Source: Eledone cirrhosa
Lineage: Eukaryota
NCBI GenBank assembly: GCA_964016885.1
Contig: OZ024742.1
Span: forward strand, 361,956,001-362,020,000
Direction: 5' to 3'
Length of the DNA: 64,000 nucleotides
Shown here: piece by piece, positions 51,647 to 64,000 of the stretch
Position numbering within the stretch: the stretch's first letter is position 1
How the letters are laid out: each line of letters begins with the position of its first letter
Notes under the pieces: generated by a model
Database searches by the model: none
Told to the model about the DNA's origin: nothing
The model's input: only the letters and a program-made list of their open reading frames with translations
Made by a program: the position numbers and the translations under genes

Positions 51647-52352
51647 TCTCTCAACGAATCACACTTGATCATATTTCTCTATCCTGTTTTCTCCCTCCAT
51701 AATTATTATATTTTTATTATTTTTTATTATTGTTTGAAAAAAATCGTTTTTTTTTACATTGTGTTTTCCCCTCCAAATATTCGCTTATATTTCCTTATAT
51801 ATTCTCTATATATTTTTTATCTTTATTATTATTTCCACTTTTATCCTCCTTTATATTTTACCTCATTCTTACCTTTATACCTTATTATAGTGTAATCTTC
51901 CCCATGCCTTATTATACACTATTAATTATAGATTATTATTATTACTCTTTTTCCATTTCTAATTACCTCATGTACCTTCTCCTCCGCTATATGTATATAT
52001 GTATTCTACGCCGTTTGTGTTTGTGTAGCCTCTGCGCACCCTCTGCACCATACTATCCACGCCACCCCATCTATGGTTCAGCTAACCACCCGACCCCCGG
52101 GAATGAATATGACCGCAGCTAGTAAACAAGGACCAACACCCCACCCTCCCGCACCAAAATTAGACTTATTGTCCCCTACTTTTGCTCTTTACTCTCTTTA
52201 CTCTTTGTTCTTGGGTGTTTGGTTGGTAGAGTCCATAACACCAATCAAACCCCTTTTATAGCTCTGATGATTCCTACGGTTACACGTAAGGAAGAAACAT
52301 TGTTAGCCAATAAAAATCTTTTGATGTTGTAGACGCTCTTGTGTTCTTTTTC
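51647..52352 (+). mobile_element. 706-bp Penelope-like/retrozyme-like element, copy 2
   Basis: Near-identical to copy 1 at offset 3896, with the same junction sequences. Confidence 0.75.
52254..52315 (+). ncRNA. Type I hammerhead ribozyme, copy 2
   Basis: Identical to 48358-48419; CTGATGA at 52264-52270. Confidence 0.8.
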
Positions 52353-53977
52353 ATATAATGTATATATCAATATTTGGATATCTCCCCCCCTATAGCTCTG
52401 TCTAATACAATGTATATATCAATATTTAGACATCTCCCCCACTGTAGCTCTGCCTAATCTAATGTATATATCAATATTTAGACATCTCCCCCACTATAGG
52501 TCTGTCTAATCTAATGTATATATATCTATATTTAGACATCTCCCCCACTGTAGCTCTGCCTAATATAATGTATATATCAATATTTAGACATCTCCCCCAC
52601 TATAGCTCTGTCTAATCTAATGTATATATATCTATAATTAGACATCTGCCCCACAGTAGCTCTGCCTAATATAATGTATATATCAGTATTTAGACATCTC
52701 CCCCACTGTAACTCTGTCTAATCTAATGTATATATCAATATTTAGACATCTCCCCCACAGTAGCTCTGCCTAATATAATGTATATATCAATATTTAGACA
52801 TCTCCCCCACTGTAGCTCTGCCTAATATAATGTATATATCAATATTTAGACATCTCCCCCCACTGTAACTCTGCCTAATGTAATGTATATATCTATATTT
52901 AGACATCTCCCCACTGCAATCTGCCAAAAATAACGTATATATCAATATTTAGACATCTCCCCCACTGTAACTCTGTCTAATATAATGTATATATCAATAT
53001 TTAGACATCTCGCCTACTGTAGCTCTGCCTAATCTAATGTATATATCAATATTTAGACATCTCCCCCACTGTAGCTCTGTCTAATCTAATGTATATATCA
53101 ATATTTAGACATCTCCCCCACTGTAACTCTGCCTAATGTAATGTATATATCAATATTTAGACATCTCCCCCACTGTAACTCTGCCTAATGTAATGTATAT
53201 ATCAATATTTAGACATCTCCCCCACTGTAACTCTGCCTAATGTAATGTATATATCAATATTTAGACATCTCCCCCACTGTAACTCTGCCTAATATAATGT
53301 ATATATCAATATTTAGACATCTGCCCCACTGTACCTCTGTCTAATCTAATGTATATATCAATATTTAGACATCTCCCCCACTGTAACTCTGCCTAATGTA
53401 ATGTATATATCTATATTTAGACCTCTCCCACTGTAGCTCTGCCTAATATAATGTATATATCAATATTTAGACATCTCCCCCACTGTAGCTCTGCCTAATC
53501 TAATGTATATATCAATATTTAGACATCATCCCACTGTAACTCCGCCTAATCTAATGTATATATCATTACTTAGTCATCTTCCCCACTGTAGCTCTGCCTA
53601 ATCTAATGTATATATATCAATATTTAGACATCTCCCCCACAGTAGCTCTGTCTAATATAATGTATATATATAATATATATAATGTATATATTATATATAT
53701 ATAATGTATATATTCTCTCAACGAATCACACTTGATCATATTTCTCTATCCTGTTTTCTCCCCCCATAATTATTATATTTTTATTATTTTTTATTATTGT
53801 TTGAAAAAAATCGTTTTTTTTTACATTGTGTTTTCCCCTCCAAATATTCGCTTATATTTCCTTATATATTCTCTATATATTTTTTATCTTTATTATTATT
53901 TCCACTTTTATCCTCCTTTATATTTTACCTCATTCTTACCTTTATACCTTATTATAGTGTAATCTTCCCCATGCCTT

Positions 53978-54134
53978 GGTCGGACGCCATGCTTTCTAGC
54001 ATAGTTACGTCCCTTTACGATCTGAGTTCAAATCCCGCCGAAGTTGACTTTGCCTTTCATCCTTACGGGGTCGATAAAATAAAGTACCAGTGAGGCACTG
54101 GGTAGTTGCTGGCCTTGTGCCTAAAGTAGAAACA
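53978..54134 (+). mobile_element. 5'-truncated SINE inserted in copy 3
   Basis: 157 bp, B box gagttcaaatccc, central domain and 3' gtagaaaca. Replaces attatacact, which is present in copies 1 and 2. Confidence 0.92.
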
Positions 54135-54467
54135 ATTAATTATAGATTATTATTATTACTCTTTTTCCATTTCTAATTACCTCATGTACCTTCTCCTCCG
54201 CTATATGTATATATGTATTCTACGCCGTTTGTGTTTGTGTAGCCTCTGCGCACCCTCTGCACCATACTATCCACGCCACCCCATCTATGGTTCAGCTAAC
54301 CACCCGACCCCCGGGAATGAATATGACCGCAGCTAGTAAACAAGGACCAACACCCCACCCTCCCGCACCAAAATTAGACTTATCGTCCCCTACTTTTGCT
54401 CTTTACTCTCTTTACTCTTTGTTCTTGGGTGTTTGGTTGGTAGAGTCCATAACACCAATCAAACCCC

Positions 54468-54529
54468 TTTTATAGCTCTGATGATTCCTACGGTTACACG
54501 TAAGGAAGAAACATTGTTAGCCAATAAAA
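54468..54529 (+). ncRNA. Type I hammerhead ribozyme, copy 3
   Basis: Identical to 48358-48419; CTGATGA at 54478-54484. Confidence 0.8.
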
Positions 54530-57500
54530 ATCTTTTGATGTTGTAGACGCTCTTGTGTTCTTTTTCATATAATGTATATATCAATATTTGGATATCTCCC
54601 CCACTATAGCTCTGTCTAATACAATGTATATATCAATATTTAGACATCTCCCCCACTGTAGCTCTGCCTAATATAATGTATTTATCAATATTTAGACATC
54701 TCCCCCACTATAGGTCTGTCTAATCTAATGTATATATATCTATATTTAGACATCTCCCCCACTGTAGCTCTGCCTAATATAATGTATATATCAATATTTA
54801 GACATCTCCCCCACTATAGCTCTGTCTAATCTAATGTATATATATCTATAATTAGACATCTGCCCCACAGTAGCTCTGCCTAATATAATGTATATATCAG
54901 TATTTAGACATCTCCCCCACTGTAACTCTGTCTAATCTAATGTATATATCAATATTTAGACATCTCCCCCACAGTAGCTCTGCCTAATATAATGTATATA
55001 TCAATATTTAGACATCTCCCCCACTGTAGCTCTGCCTAATATAATGTATATATCAATATTTAGACATCTCCCCCACTGTAACTCTGCCTAATGTAATGTA
55101 TATATCTCAATTCAGACATCTCCCCACTGTAACTCTGCCTAATATAATGTATATATCTATATTTAGACATGTCCCCCACTATAGCTCTGCCTAATCTAAT
55201 GTATATATATATATTTAGACATCTCCCCCACTGTAGCTCTGCCTAATGTAATGTATATATCTATATTTAGACATCTCCCCACCGTAGCTCTGCCAAATAT
55301 AATGTATATATATATATTTAGACATCTCCCCACCGTAGCTCTGCCTAATCTAATGTATATATCAATATTTAGACATCGCCCCACTGTAACTCTTCCTGAT
55401 TTATTGTATATATCAATATTTAGACATCTCGCCTACTGTAGCTGTACCTAATATAATGTATATATCAATATTTAGACATCTCCCCCACTGTAACTCTGCC
55501 TAATGTAATGTATATATCTATATTTAGACATCTCCCACTGTAGCTCTGCCTAATATAATGTATATATCAATATTTAGACATTTCACCACAGTAGCTCTGC
55601 CTAATATAATGTATATATTAATATTTAGACATCTCCCCCACTGTAGCTCTGCCTAATCTAAGGTATATATCAATATTTAGACATCATCCCACTGTGACTC
55701 TGCCTATTCTAATGTATATATCATTATTTAGTCATCTTCCCCACTGTAGCTCTGCCTAATCTAATGTATATATCAATATTTAGACATCTCCCCCACAGTA
55801 GCTCTGTCTAATATAATGTATATATCAATATTTAGACATCTCCCCCACTGTAGCTCCGCCTAATCTAATGTATATATCAATATTTAGACATCTCCCCCAC
55901 AGTAGCTCTGTCTAATATAATGTATATATCTATATTTAGACATCTCCCCCACTGTAGCTCCGCCTAATCTAATGTATATATCAATATTTAGACATCATCC
56001 CACTGTGACTCTGCCTATTCTAATGTATATATCATTATTTAGTCATCTTCCCCACTGTAGCTCTGCCTAATCTAATGTATATATCAATATTCAGACATCT
56101 CCCCCACTGTAACTCTGCCTAATATAATGTATATATCAATATTTAGTCATCTCCCCCACTGTAGCTCTGCCTAATCTAATGTATATATATATATTTAGAC
56201 ATCTCCCCCACTGTAGCTCTGCCAAATATAATGTATATATCATTATTTAACATCTCCCCCACTATAGCTCTGTCTAATCTAATGTATATATCAATATTTA
56301 GACATCTCCCCCACTGTAACTCTGCCAAATACAATGTATATATCAATATTTAGAAATCTCCCACTGTAGCTCTGCCAAAATATAATGTATATATCAATAT
56401 TTAGACATATCTCCCACTGTAACTCTGTCTAATCTAATGTATATATATATATTTAGACATCTCCCCCACAGTTGCTCTGCCTAATATAATGTATATATCA
56501 ACATTTAGACATCTCCCCACTGCAGCTCTGCCAAATATAATGTATATATCAACATTTAGACATCCCCCCACTGTAACTCTGTCTAATATAATATATATAT
56601 CTATATTTAGACATCTCCCACTGTAGCTCTGCCTAATATAATGTATATATCTATATTTAGACATCTCCCCCACTGTAGCTCTGTCCAATATAATGTATAT
56701 ATCTATTTTTAGACATCTCCCCCACTGCAACTCTGTCTAATCTAATGTATATATCAATATTTAGACATCTCCCCCACAGTAGCTCTGTCTAATATAATGT
56801 ATATATCAATATTTAGACATCTCCCCCACTGTAGCTCCGCCTAATCTAATGTATATATCAATATTTAGACATCTCCCCCACAGTAGCTCTGTCTAATATA
56901 ATGTATATATCTATATTTAGACATCTCCCCCACTGTAGCTCCGCCTAATCTAATGTATATATCAATATTTGGACATCTCCCCCACTATAGCTCTGTCTAA
57001 TCTAATGTATATATATCTATATTTAGACATCTCCCCCACTGTAACTCCGCCTAATCTAATGTATATATCAATATTTAGACATCTCCCCCACAGTAGCTCT
57101 GTCTAATATAATGTATATATCAATATTTAGACATCTCCCCCACTGTAGCTCTGCCTAATATAATGTATATATCAATATTTAGACATGTCCCCCACTGTAG
57201 CTCTGCCTAATCTAATGTATATATCAATATTTAGACATCTCCCCCACTGTAGCTCTGCCTAATCTAATGTATATATATATATTTAGACATCTTCCCCACT
57301 GTAATTCTGTCTAATCTAATGTATATATATATATTTAGACATCTTCCCCACTGTAATTCTGCCTAATGTAATGTATATATCAATATTTAGACATCTCGCC
57401 TACTGTAGCTCTGCCTAATCTAATGTATATATCAATATTTAGACATCTCCCCCACTGTAGCTCTGTCTAATCTAATGTATATATCAATATTTAGACATCT

Positions 57501-60500
57501 CCCCCACTGTAACTCTGCCTAATGTAATGTATATATCAATATTTAGACATCTCTCCCACTGTAACTCTGCCTAATGTAATGTATATATCAATATTTAGAC
57601 ATCTCCCCCACTGTAACTCTGCCTAATGTAATGTATATATCAATATTTAGACATCTCCCCCACTGTAACTCTGCCTAATATAATGTATATATCAATATTT
57701 AGACATCTGCCCCACTGTACCTCTGTCTAATCTAATGTATATATCAATATTTAGACATCTCCCCCACTGTAACTCCGCCTAATCTAATGTATATATCATT
57801 ATTTAGTCATCTTCCCCACTGTAGCTCTGCCTAATCTAATGTATATATCAATATTCAGACATCTCCCCCACTGTAACTCTGCCTAATATAATGTATATAT
57901 CAATATTTAGTCATCTCCCCCACTGTAGCTCTGCCAAATATAATGTATATATCATTATTTAACATCTCCCCCACTATAGCTCTGTCTAATCTAATGTATA
58001 TATCAATATTTAGACATCTCCCCCACTGTAACTCTGCCAAATACAATGTATATATCAATATTTAGAAATCTCCCACTGTAGCTCTGCCAAAATATAATGT
58101 ATATATCAATATTTAGACATATCTCCCACTGTAACTCTGCCTAATATAATGTATATATCTATATTTAGACATGTCCCCCACTATAGCTCTGCCTAATCTA
58201 ATGTATATATATATATTTAGACATCTCCCCCACTGTAGCTCTGCCTAATGTAATGTATATATCTATATTTAGACATCTCCCCACCGTAGCTCTGCCAAAT
58301 ATAATGTATATATATATATTTAGACATCTCCCCACCGTAGCTCTGCCTAATCTAATGTATATATCAATATTTAGACATCGCCCCACTGTAACTCTTCCTG
58401 ATTTATTGTATATATCAATATTTAGACATCTCGCCTACTGTAGCTGTACCTAATATAATGTATATATCAATATTTAGACATCTCCCCCACTGTAACTCTG
58501 CCTAATGTAATGTATATATCTATATTTAGACATCTCCCACTGTAGCTCTGCCTAATATAATGTATATATCAATATTTAGACATTTCACCACAGTAGCTCT
58601 GCCTAATATAATGTATATATTAATATTTAGACATCTCCCCCACTGTAGCTCTGCCTAATCTAAGGTATATATCAATATTTAGACATCATCCCACTGTGAC
58701 TCTGCCTATTCTAATGTATATATCATTATTTAGTCATCTTCCCCACTGTAGCTCTGCCTAATCTAATGTATATATCAATATTCAGACATCTCCCCCACTG
58801 TAACTCTGCCTAATATAATGTATATATCAATATTTAGTCATCTCCCCCACTGTAGCTCTGCCTAATCTAATGTATATATATATATTTAGACATCTCCCCC
58901 ACTGTAGCTCTGCCAAATATAATGTATATATCATTATTTAACATCTCCCCCACTATAGCTCTGTCTAATCTAATGTATATATCAATATTTAGACATCTCC
59001 CCCACTGTAACTCTGCCAAATACAATGTATATATCAATATTTAGAAATCTCCCACTGTAGCTCTGCCAAAATATAATGTATATATCAATATTTAGACATC
59101 TCTCCCACTGTAACTCTGTCTAATCTAATGTATATATATATATTTAGACATCTCCCCCACAGTTGCTCTGCCTAATATAATGTATATATCAACATTTAGA
59201 CATCTCCCCACTGCAGCTCTGCCAAATATAATGTATATATCAACATTTAGACATCCCCCCACTGTAACTCTGTCTAATATAATATATATATCTATATTTA
59301 GACATCTCCCACTGTAGCTCTGCCTAATATAATGTATATATCTATATTTAGACATCTCCCCCACTGTAGCTCTGTCCAATATAATGTATATATCTATTTT
59401 TAGACATCTCCCCCACTACAACTCTGTCTAATCTAATGTATATATCAATATTTAGACATCTCCCCCACAGTAGCTCTGTCTAATATAATGTATATATCAA
59501 TATTTAGACATCTCCCCCACTGTAGCTCCGCCTAATCTAATGTATATATCAATATTTAGACATCTCCCCCACAGTAGCTCTGTCTAATATAATGTATATA
59601 TCTATATTTAGACATCTCCCCCACTGTAGCTCCGCCTAATCTAATGTATATATCAATATTTAGACATCATCCCACTGTGACTCTGCCTATTCTAATGTAT
59701 ATATCATTATTTAGTCATCTTCCCCACTGTAGCTCTGCCTAATCTAATGTATATATCAATATTCAGACATCTCCCCCACTGTAACTCTGCCTAATATAAT
59801 GTATATATCAATATTTAGTCATCTCCCCCACTGTAGCTCTGCCTAATCTAATGTATATATATATATTTAGACATCTCCCCCACTGTAGCTCTGCCAAATA
59901 TAATGTATATATCATTATTTAACATCTCCCCCACTATAGCTCTGTCTAATCTAATGTATATATCAATATTTAGACATCTCCCCCACTGTAACTCTGCCAA
60001 ATACAATGTATATATCAATATTTAGAAATCTCCCACTGTAGCTCTGCCAAAATATAATGTATATATCAATATTTAGACATATCTCCCACTGTAACTCTGT
60101 CTAATCTAATGTATATATATATATTTAGACATCTCCCCCACAGTTGCTCTGCCTAATATAATGTATATATCAACATTTAGACATCTCCCCACTGCAGCTC
60201 TGCCAAATATAATGTATATATCAACATTTAGACATCCCCCCACTGTAACTCTGTCTAATATAATATATATATCTATATTTAGACATCTCCCACTGTAGCT
60301 CTGCCTAATATAATGTATATATCTATATTTAGACATCTCCCCCACTGTAGCTCTGTCCAATATAATGTATATATCTATTTTTAGACATCTCCCCCACTGC
60401 AACTCTGTCTAATCTAATGTATATATCAATATTTAGACATCTCCCCCACAGTAGCTCTGTCTAATATAATGTATATATCAATATTTAGACATCTCCCCCA

Positions 60501-61881
60501 CTGTAGCTCCGCCTAATCTAATGTATATATCAATATTTAGACATCTCCCCCACAGTAGCTCTGTCTAATATAATGTATATATCTATATTTAGACATCTCC
60601 CCCACTGTAGCTCCGCCTAATCTAATGTATATATCAATATTTGGACATCTCCCCCACTATAGCTCTGTCTAATCTAATGTATATATATCTATATTTAGAC
60701 ATCTCCCCCACTGTAACTCCGCCTAATCTAATGTATATATCAATATTTAGACATCTCCCCCACAGTAGCTCTGTCTAATATAATGTATATATCAATATTT
60801 AGACATCTCCCCCACTGTAGCTCTGCCTAATATAATGTATATATCAATATTTAGACATGTCCCCCACTGTAGCTCTGCCTAATCTAATGTATATATCAAT
60901 ATTTAGACATCTCCCCCACTGTAGCTCTGCCTAATCTAATGTATATATATATATTTAGACATCTTCCCCACTGTAATTCTGTCTAATCTAATGTATATAT
61001 ATATATTTAGACATCTTCCCCACTGTAATTCTGCCTAATGTAATGTATATATCAATATTTAGACATCTCGCCTACTGTAGCTCTGCCTAATCTAATGTAT
61101 ATATCAATATTTAGACATCTCCCCCACTGTAGCTCTGTCTAATCTAATGTATATATCAATATTTAGACATCTCCCCCACTGTAACTCTGCCTAATGTAAT
61201 GTATATATCAATATTTAGACATCTCTCCCACTGTAACTCTGCCTAATGTAATGTATATATCAATATTTAGACATCTCCCCCACTGTAACTCTGCCTAATG
61301 TAATGTATATATCAATATTTAGACATCTCCCCCACTGTAACTCTGCCTAATATAATGTATATATCAATATTTAGACATCTGCCCCACTGTACCTCTGTCT
61401 AATCTAATGTATATATCAATATTTAGACATCTCCCCCACTGTAACTCCGCCTAATCTAATGTATATATCATTATTTAGTCATCTTCCCCACTGTAGCTCT
61501 GCCTAATCTAATGTATATATCAATATTTAGACATCTCCACACTGTAACTCTGTCTAATCTAATGTATATATATATATTTAGACATCTCCCCCACAGTAGC
61601 TCTGCCTAATGCAATGTACATATCAATATTTAGACATCTCCCCACTGCAGCTCTGCCAAATAAAATGTATATATCAATATTTAGACATCTCCCCACTGCA
61701 GCTCTGCCAAATATAATGTATATATCAATATTTAGACATCTCCCCAACCGTAGCTCTGTCTAATCTAACGTATATATATATCTATATTTAGACATCTCCC
61801 CACTGCAGCTCTGCCTAATCTAATGTATATATCAATATTTAGACATCACCCCCACTGTAACTCTGCCTAATCTAATGTATA

Positions 61882-62559
61882 GCACGTCTCTAAAATTGTC
61901 AAGAGGGCTGAGGGTGTCTTAGCATCACTCAGCAAGAGCGTTATCAGCTGCTCTCCAGCTATGTTTTTAAGCCTGTATATGGCTATGGTGCGGACACACT
62001 TAGCATTTGCATCACCAGTTTGGAACCCCTATCTTGCTCAGAAGATTGACCGCCTGGAAACTGTTCAGAGACGTGCAACCAAGCTAATACCCTCCATCAG
62101 GCATCTACCATACTCTGAGTGCCTTGCTTCCCTGGGTAGGGATACATTGAAGCTACAACGCCTGGCAACTGACTTGTTAAACACCCACAAAATTGTTAAC
62201 CATCTTGCCAACAACGACCCTGAGTACCTTTTTGATTTCCATGTGTCTAACACACGTGGGCATGCCCACAAAGTAAGAAAACAGTACAATTCCCATGACT
62301 CACGCTCAGAGTTGCTGAAGCATGGAACAAACTACCGGCATCAGTTGTTAGCTGTCGAGACATGCATCCTTTAAGGCCTCCATGCTTCCCGAGATTCGCC
62401 AACACTACACCTAATGTTCCTCCTCCATACACATACACACATGTATATCATGACTCATACACTATTCACTTCCCTGACATTTGTGTATTATTCTATGTAC
62501 TACACATGCACCTCTGACGTGTTGTCGCGCACCTGAGCACTTTACACAATAATTTCATT
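61882..62559 (+). mobile_element. 5'-truncated CR1-type LINE 3' end inserted in the satellite
   Basis: ORF 61961-62374 reads LYMAMVRTHLAFASPVWNPY...LETVQRRATKLIP...TRGHAHKV (CR1-like RT C-terminus); the 3' UTR ends in aataatttcatta. Confidence 0.9.
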
Positions 62560-62761
62560 ATATTTAGACCTCTCCCCCACAGTAGCTCTGCCTAATCTAA
62601 TGTATATATCAATATTTAGACATCTTCCCCACTGTAACTCTGCCAAATATAATGTATATCTATATTTAGACCCCCCCCCCCCCACTGTAGCTCTGCCTAA
62701 TATAATGTATATATCTATATTTAGACATCTCCCCCACTGTGAACTGCTCTATCTAATCTAA
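62560..62761. repeat. Last ~4 degenerate satellite monomers; end of the array
   Basis: Monomers with an expanded C run and indels, followed by non-satellite sequence. Confidence 0.9.
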
Positions 62762-62914
62762 TTAGAGTGTTATTAGAAATAGTTCTGTGTTGGGGTTGTA
62801 AAAATCAAATCATGTGAATGCCGCATGCAAGGATGGCATGTTTTATCTACATAAAAAAATTGTAGTATTTTAAAGATATATCTCTTCGTTTCATATTTAC
62901 AAGGTTTGTAAGTC

Positions 62915-63015
62915 AGCTAATTAGCATTGGATCGTGGTTTGGAATAAATGCCTCGTTATTTATCTCGGCTGAATGTGCTCTGAGTTCAACTCCTATCAAG
63001 GTCAACTTTGCCTTA
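62915..63015 (+). mobile_element. Old degenerate SINE fragment
   Basis: tctgagttcaactcctatcaaggtcaactttgcc resembles tctgagttcaaatcccgccgaggttaactttgcc of the younger copies. Confidence 0.6.
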
Positions 63016-63939
63016 TTTGTGGGTCAATTCTTCCTCTTATATCCTGCTATTACTCTCTGTCTCTCTCTCTCTTCTATCTGTGCAAGAAATTGGCGAGTCA
63101 TAGGCTCAGCTAGGTTTTAACATATACAATGTATCACGCGTATCATGGTGACGCAGCTACAACTTCATCTGACGAGAAGGGCCCTTTTCTTTTTTTCATT
63201 TTTGTTGTTGTTTGTGTGTTTCATTATATCTTATTTTACACTTCCACTCAGTGTAATAGTAGATAAAACATTTTTTACCATCCTTGATATATCAGAACCC
63301 CTAGTCACATGATTTGACCCTTAAGTCGTTAAATAGATAAGTACATAAAATTGCACAAAGGTGAGATGCGAACCTAAATCACAGTTTTACTAGGCAACAA
63401 CGTATTTGTTGATCTATATTTAGACTCTCACAGGTTTAAAATACCATGACATACTGTGTCTCAGGACGGCTCCATTACGACTCCACCAGGAGTTAAGTTC
63501 CGTTATGTTTTCCTTATAAGTTTTGGTTTCATCAGTAATTCAAGTGCTCTGAAATATTTCCCCTGCAGCTGTAATAAACCTCTCAATATACAGCCATATA
63601 GATATGGTTTCACATAAAAAAATAAACAAAATCAAAAAGAAAAACAAAAGCAAGCATAAAAAGCAACAAATATACAAATAAAACATTATAAGGAAAAGAA
63701 AGGAGCTGATTGTCAGGTGGGACCAAGAAAATAATATTTGTATTGGGTTTTCTGTTGCTGATACTTTCTGTCGGTCGTAACACCTGGCTAAAGTCATCAC
63801 TTAGAAATAAAGAGGGTCCACTAGTTAGATTGGATGAGGGGACAATATTCCATTCTGATACTATATGCCTGTCCCAATTCCTTGAAAAAGGAGCAACGTA
63901 AAATAAGATATTCTGCTTAAGCATATAATATACCCCACA

Positions 63940-64000
63940 ATCAAGTAATCGAACTCACAAATTTATGATCACGAGTCCAACACTCTAACCACGAGGATAC
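63940..64000 (-). mobile_element. Degenerate tRNA-like SINE head (different family), at the window edge
   Basis: Minus strand gtggttagagtgttggactcgtgatcataaatttgtgagttcgatt has A-box- and B-box-like motifs at tRNA spacing. Confidence 0.5.

Larger units (their letters stand above)
53714..54566 (+). mobile_element. Penelope-like/retrozyme-like element, copy 3 (carries a SINE insertion)
   Basis: Near-identical to copy 1; offset 5963 before the SINE and 6110 after it. Confidence 0.75.
44419..61881. repeat. ~52-bp satellite array, right block (interrupted by three Penelope-like inserts)
   Basis: Same monomer and orientation as the left blocks; internal duplications at offsets 3002, 3672 and 6037. 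Confidence 0.98.

Noticed and set aside
2916-61747. Many 60-98 aa ORFs (MYISIFRHLPTVALPN..., MGRCLNIDIYI...)
   Set aside because: They are translations of runs of 51-bp satellite monomers, and their frames break with each 52-bp monomer.
787-62761. CRISPR-like array
   Set aside because: Monomers are head-to-tail with no unique spacers, there are no cas genes, and the context is eukaryotic.
63169-63190. CTGACGA followed by a small hairpin (possible hammerhead)
   Set aside because: No downstream GAAA/NUH and no helix I or III.
63540-63924. Three short overlapping ORFs after the array end
   Set aside because: No recognisable domains or supportable exon structure; low-complexity A-rich sequence.

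Overview
Eukaryotic, gene-free, repeat-dominated window. The SINE and LINE families resemble those I recall from octopod cephalopods; this is an inference, not a search result. About three quarters of the window is one AT-rich satellite with a ~52-bp monomer (consensus atttagacatctcccccactgtagctctgcctaatctaatgtatatatcaat), showing nested higher-order duplications (about 1.08, 2.39, 3.0, 3.67 and 7.49 kb periods). The array contains an intact RTE-clade LINE (APE + RT + embedded PHD-type finger) that is tandemly duplicated with its satellite flanks, plus tRNA-derived SINEs and CR1-type LINE 3' fragments. A 6.8-kb island of nested transposon debris (Helitron, foldback MITE, hAT MITE, Tc1/mariner ends) interrupts the array. 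Three copies of a 706-bp Penelope/retrozyme-like element each carry a complete type I hammerhead ribozyme fold with a minimal near-palindromic helix III. The satellite-embedded, co-amplified hammerheads are the most interesting signal. No host protein-coding gene is supported.
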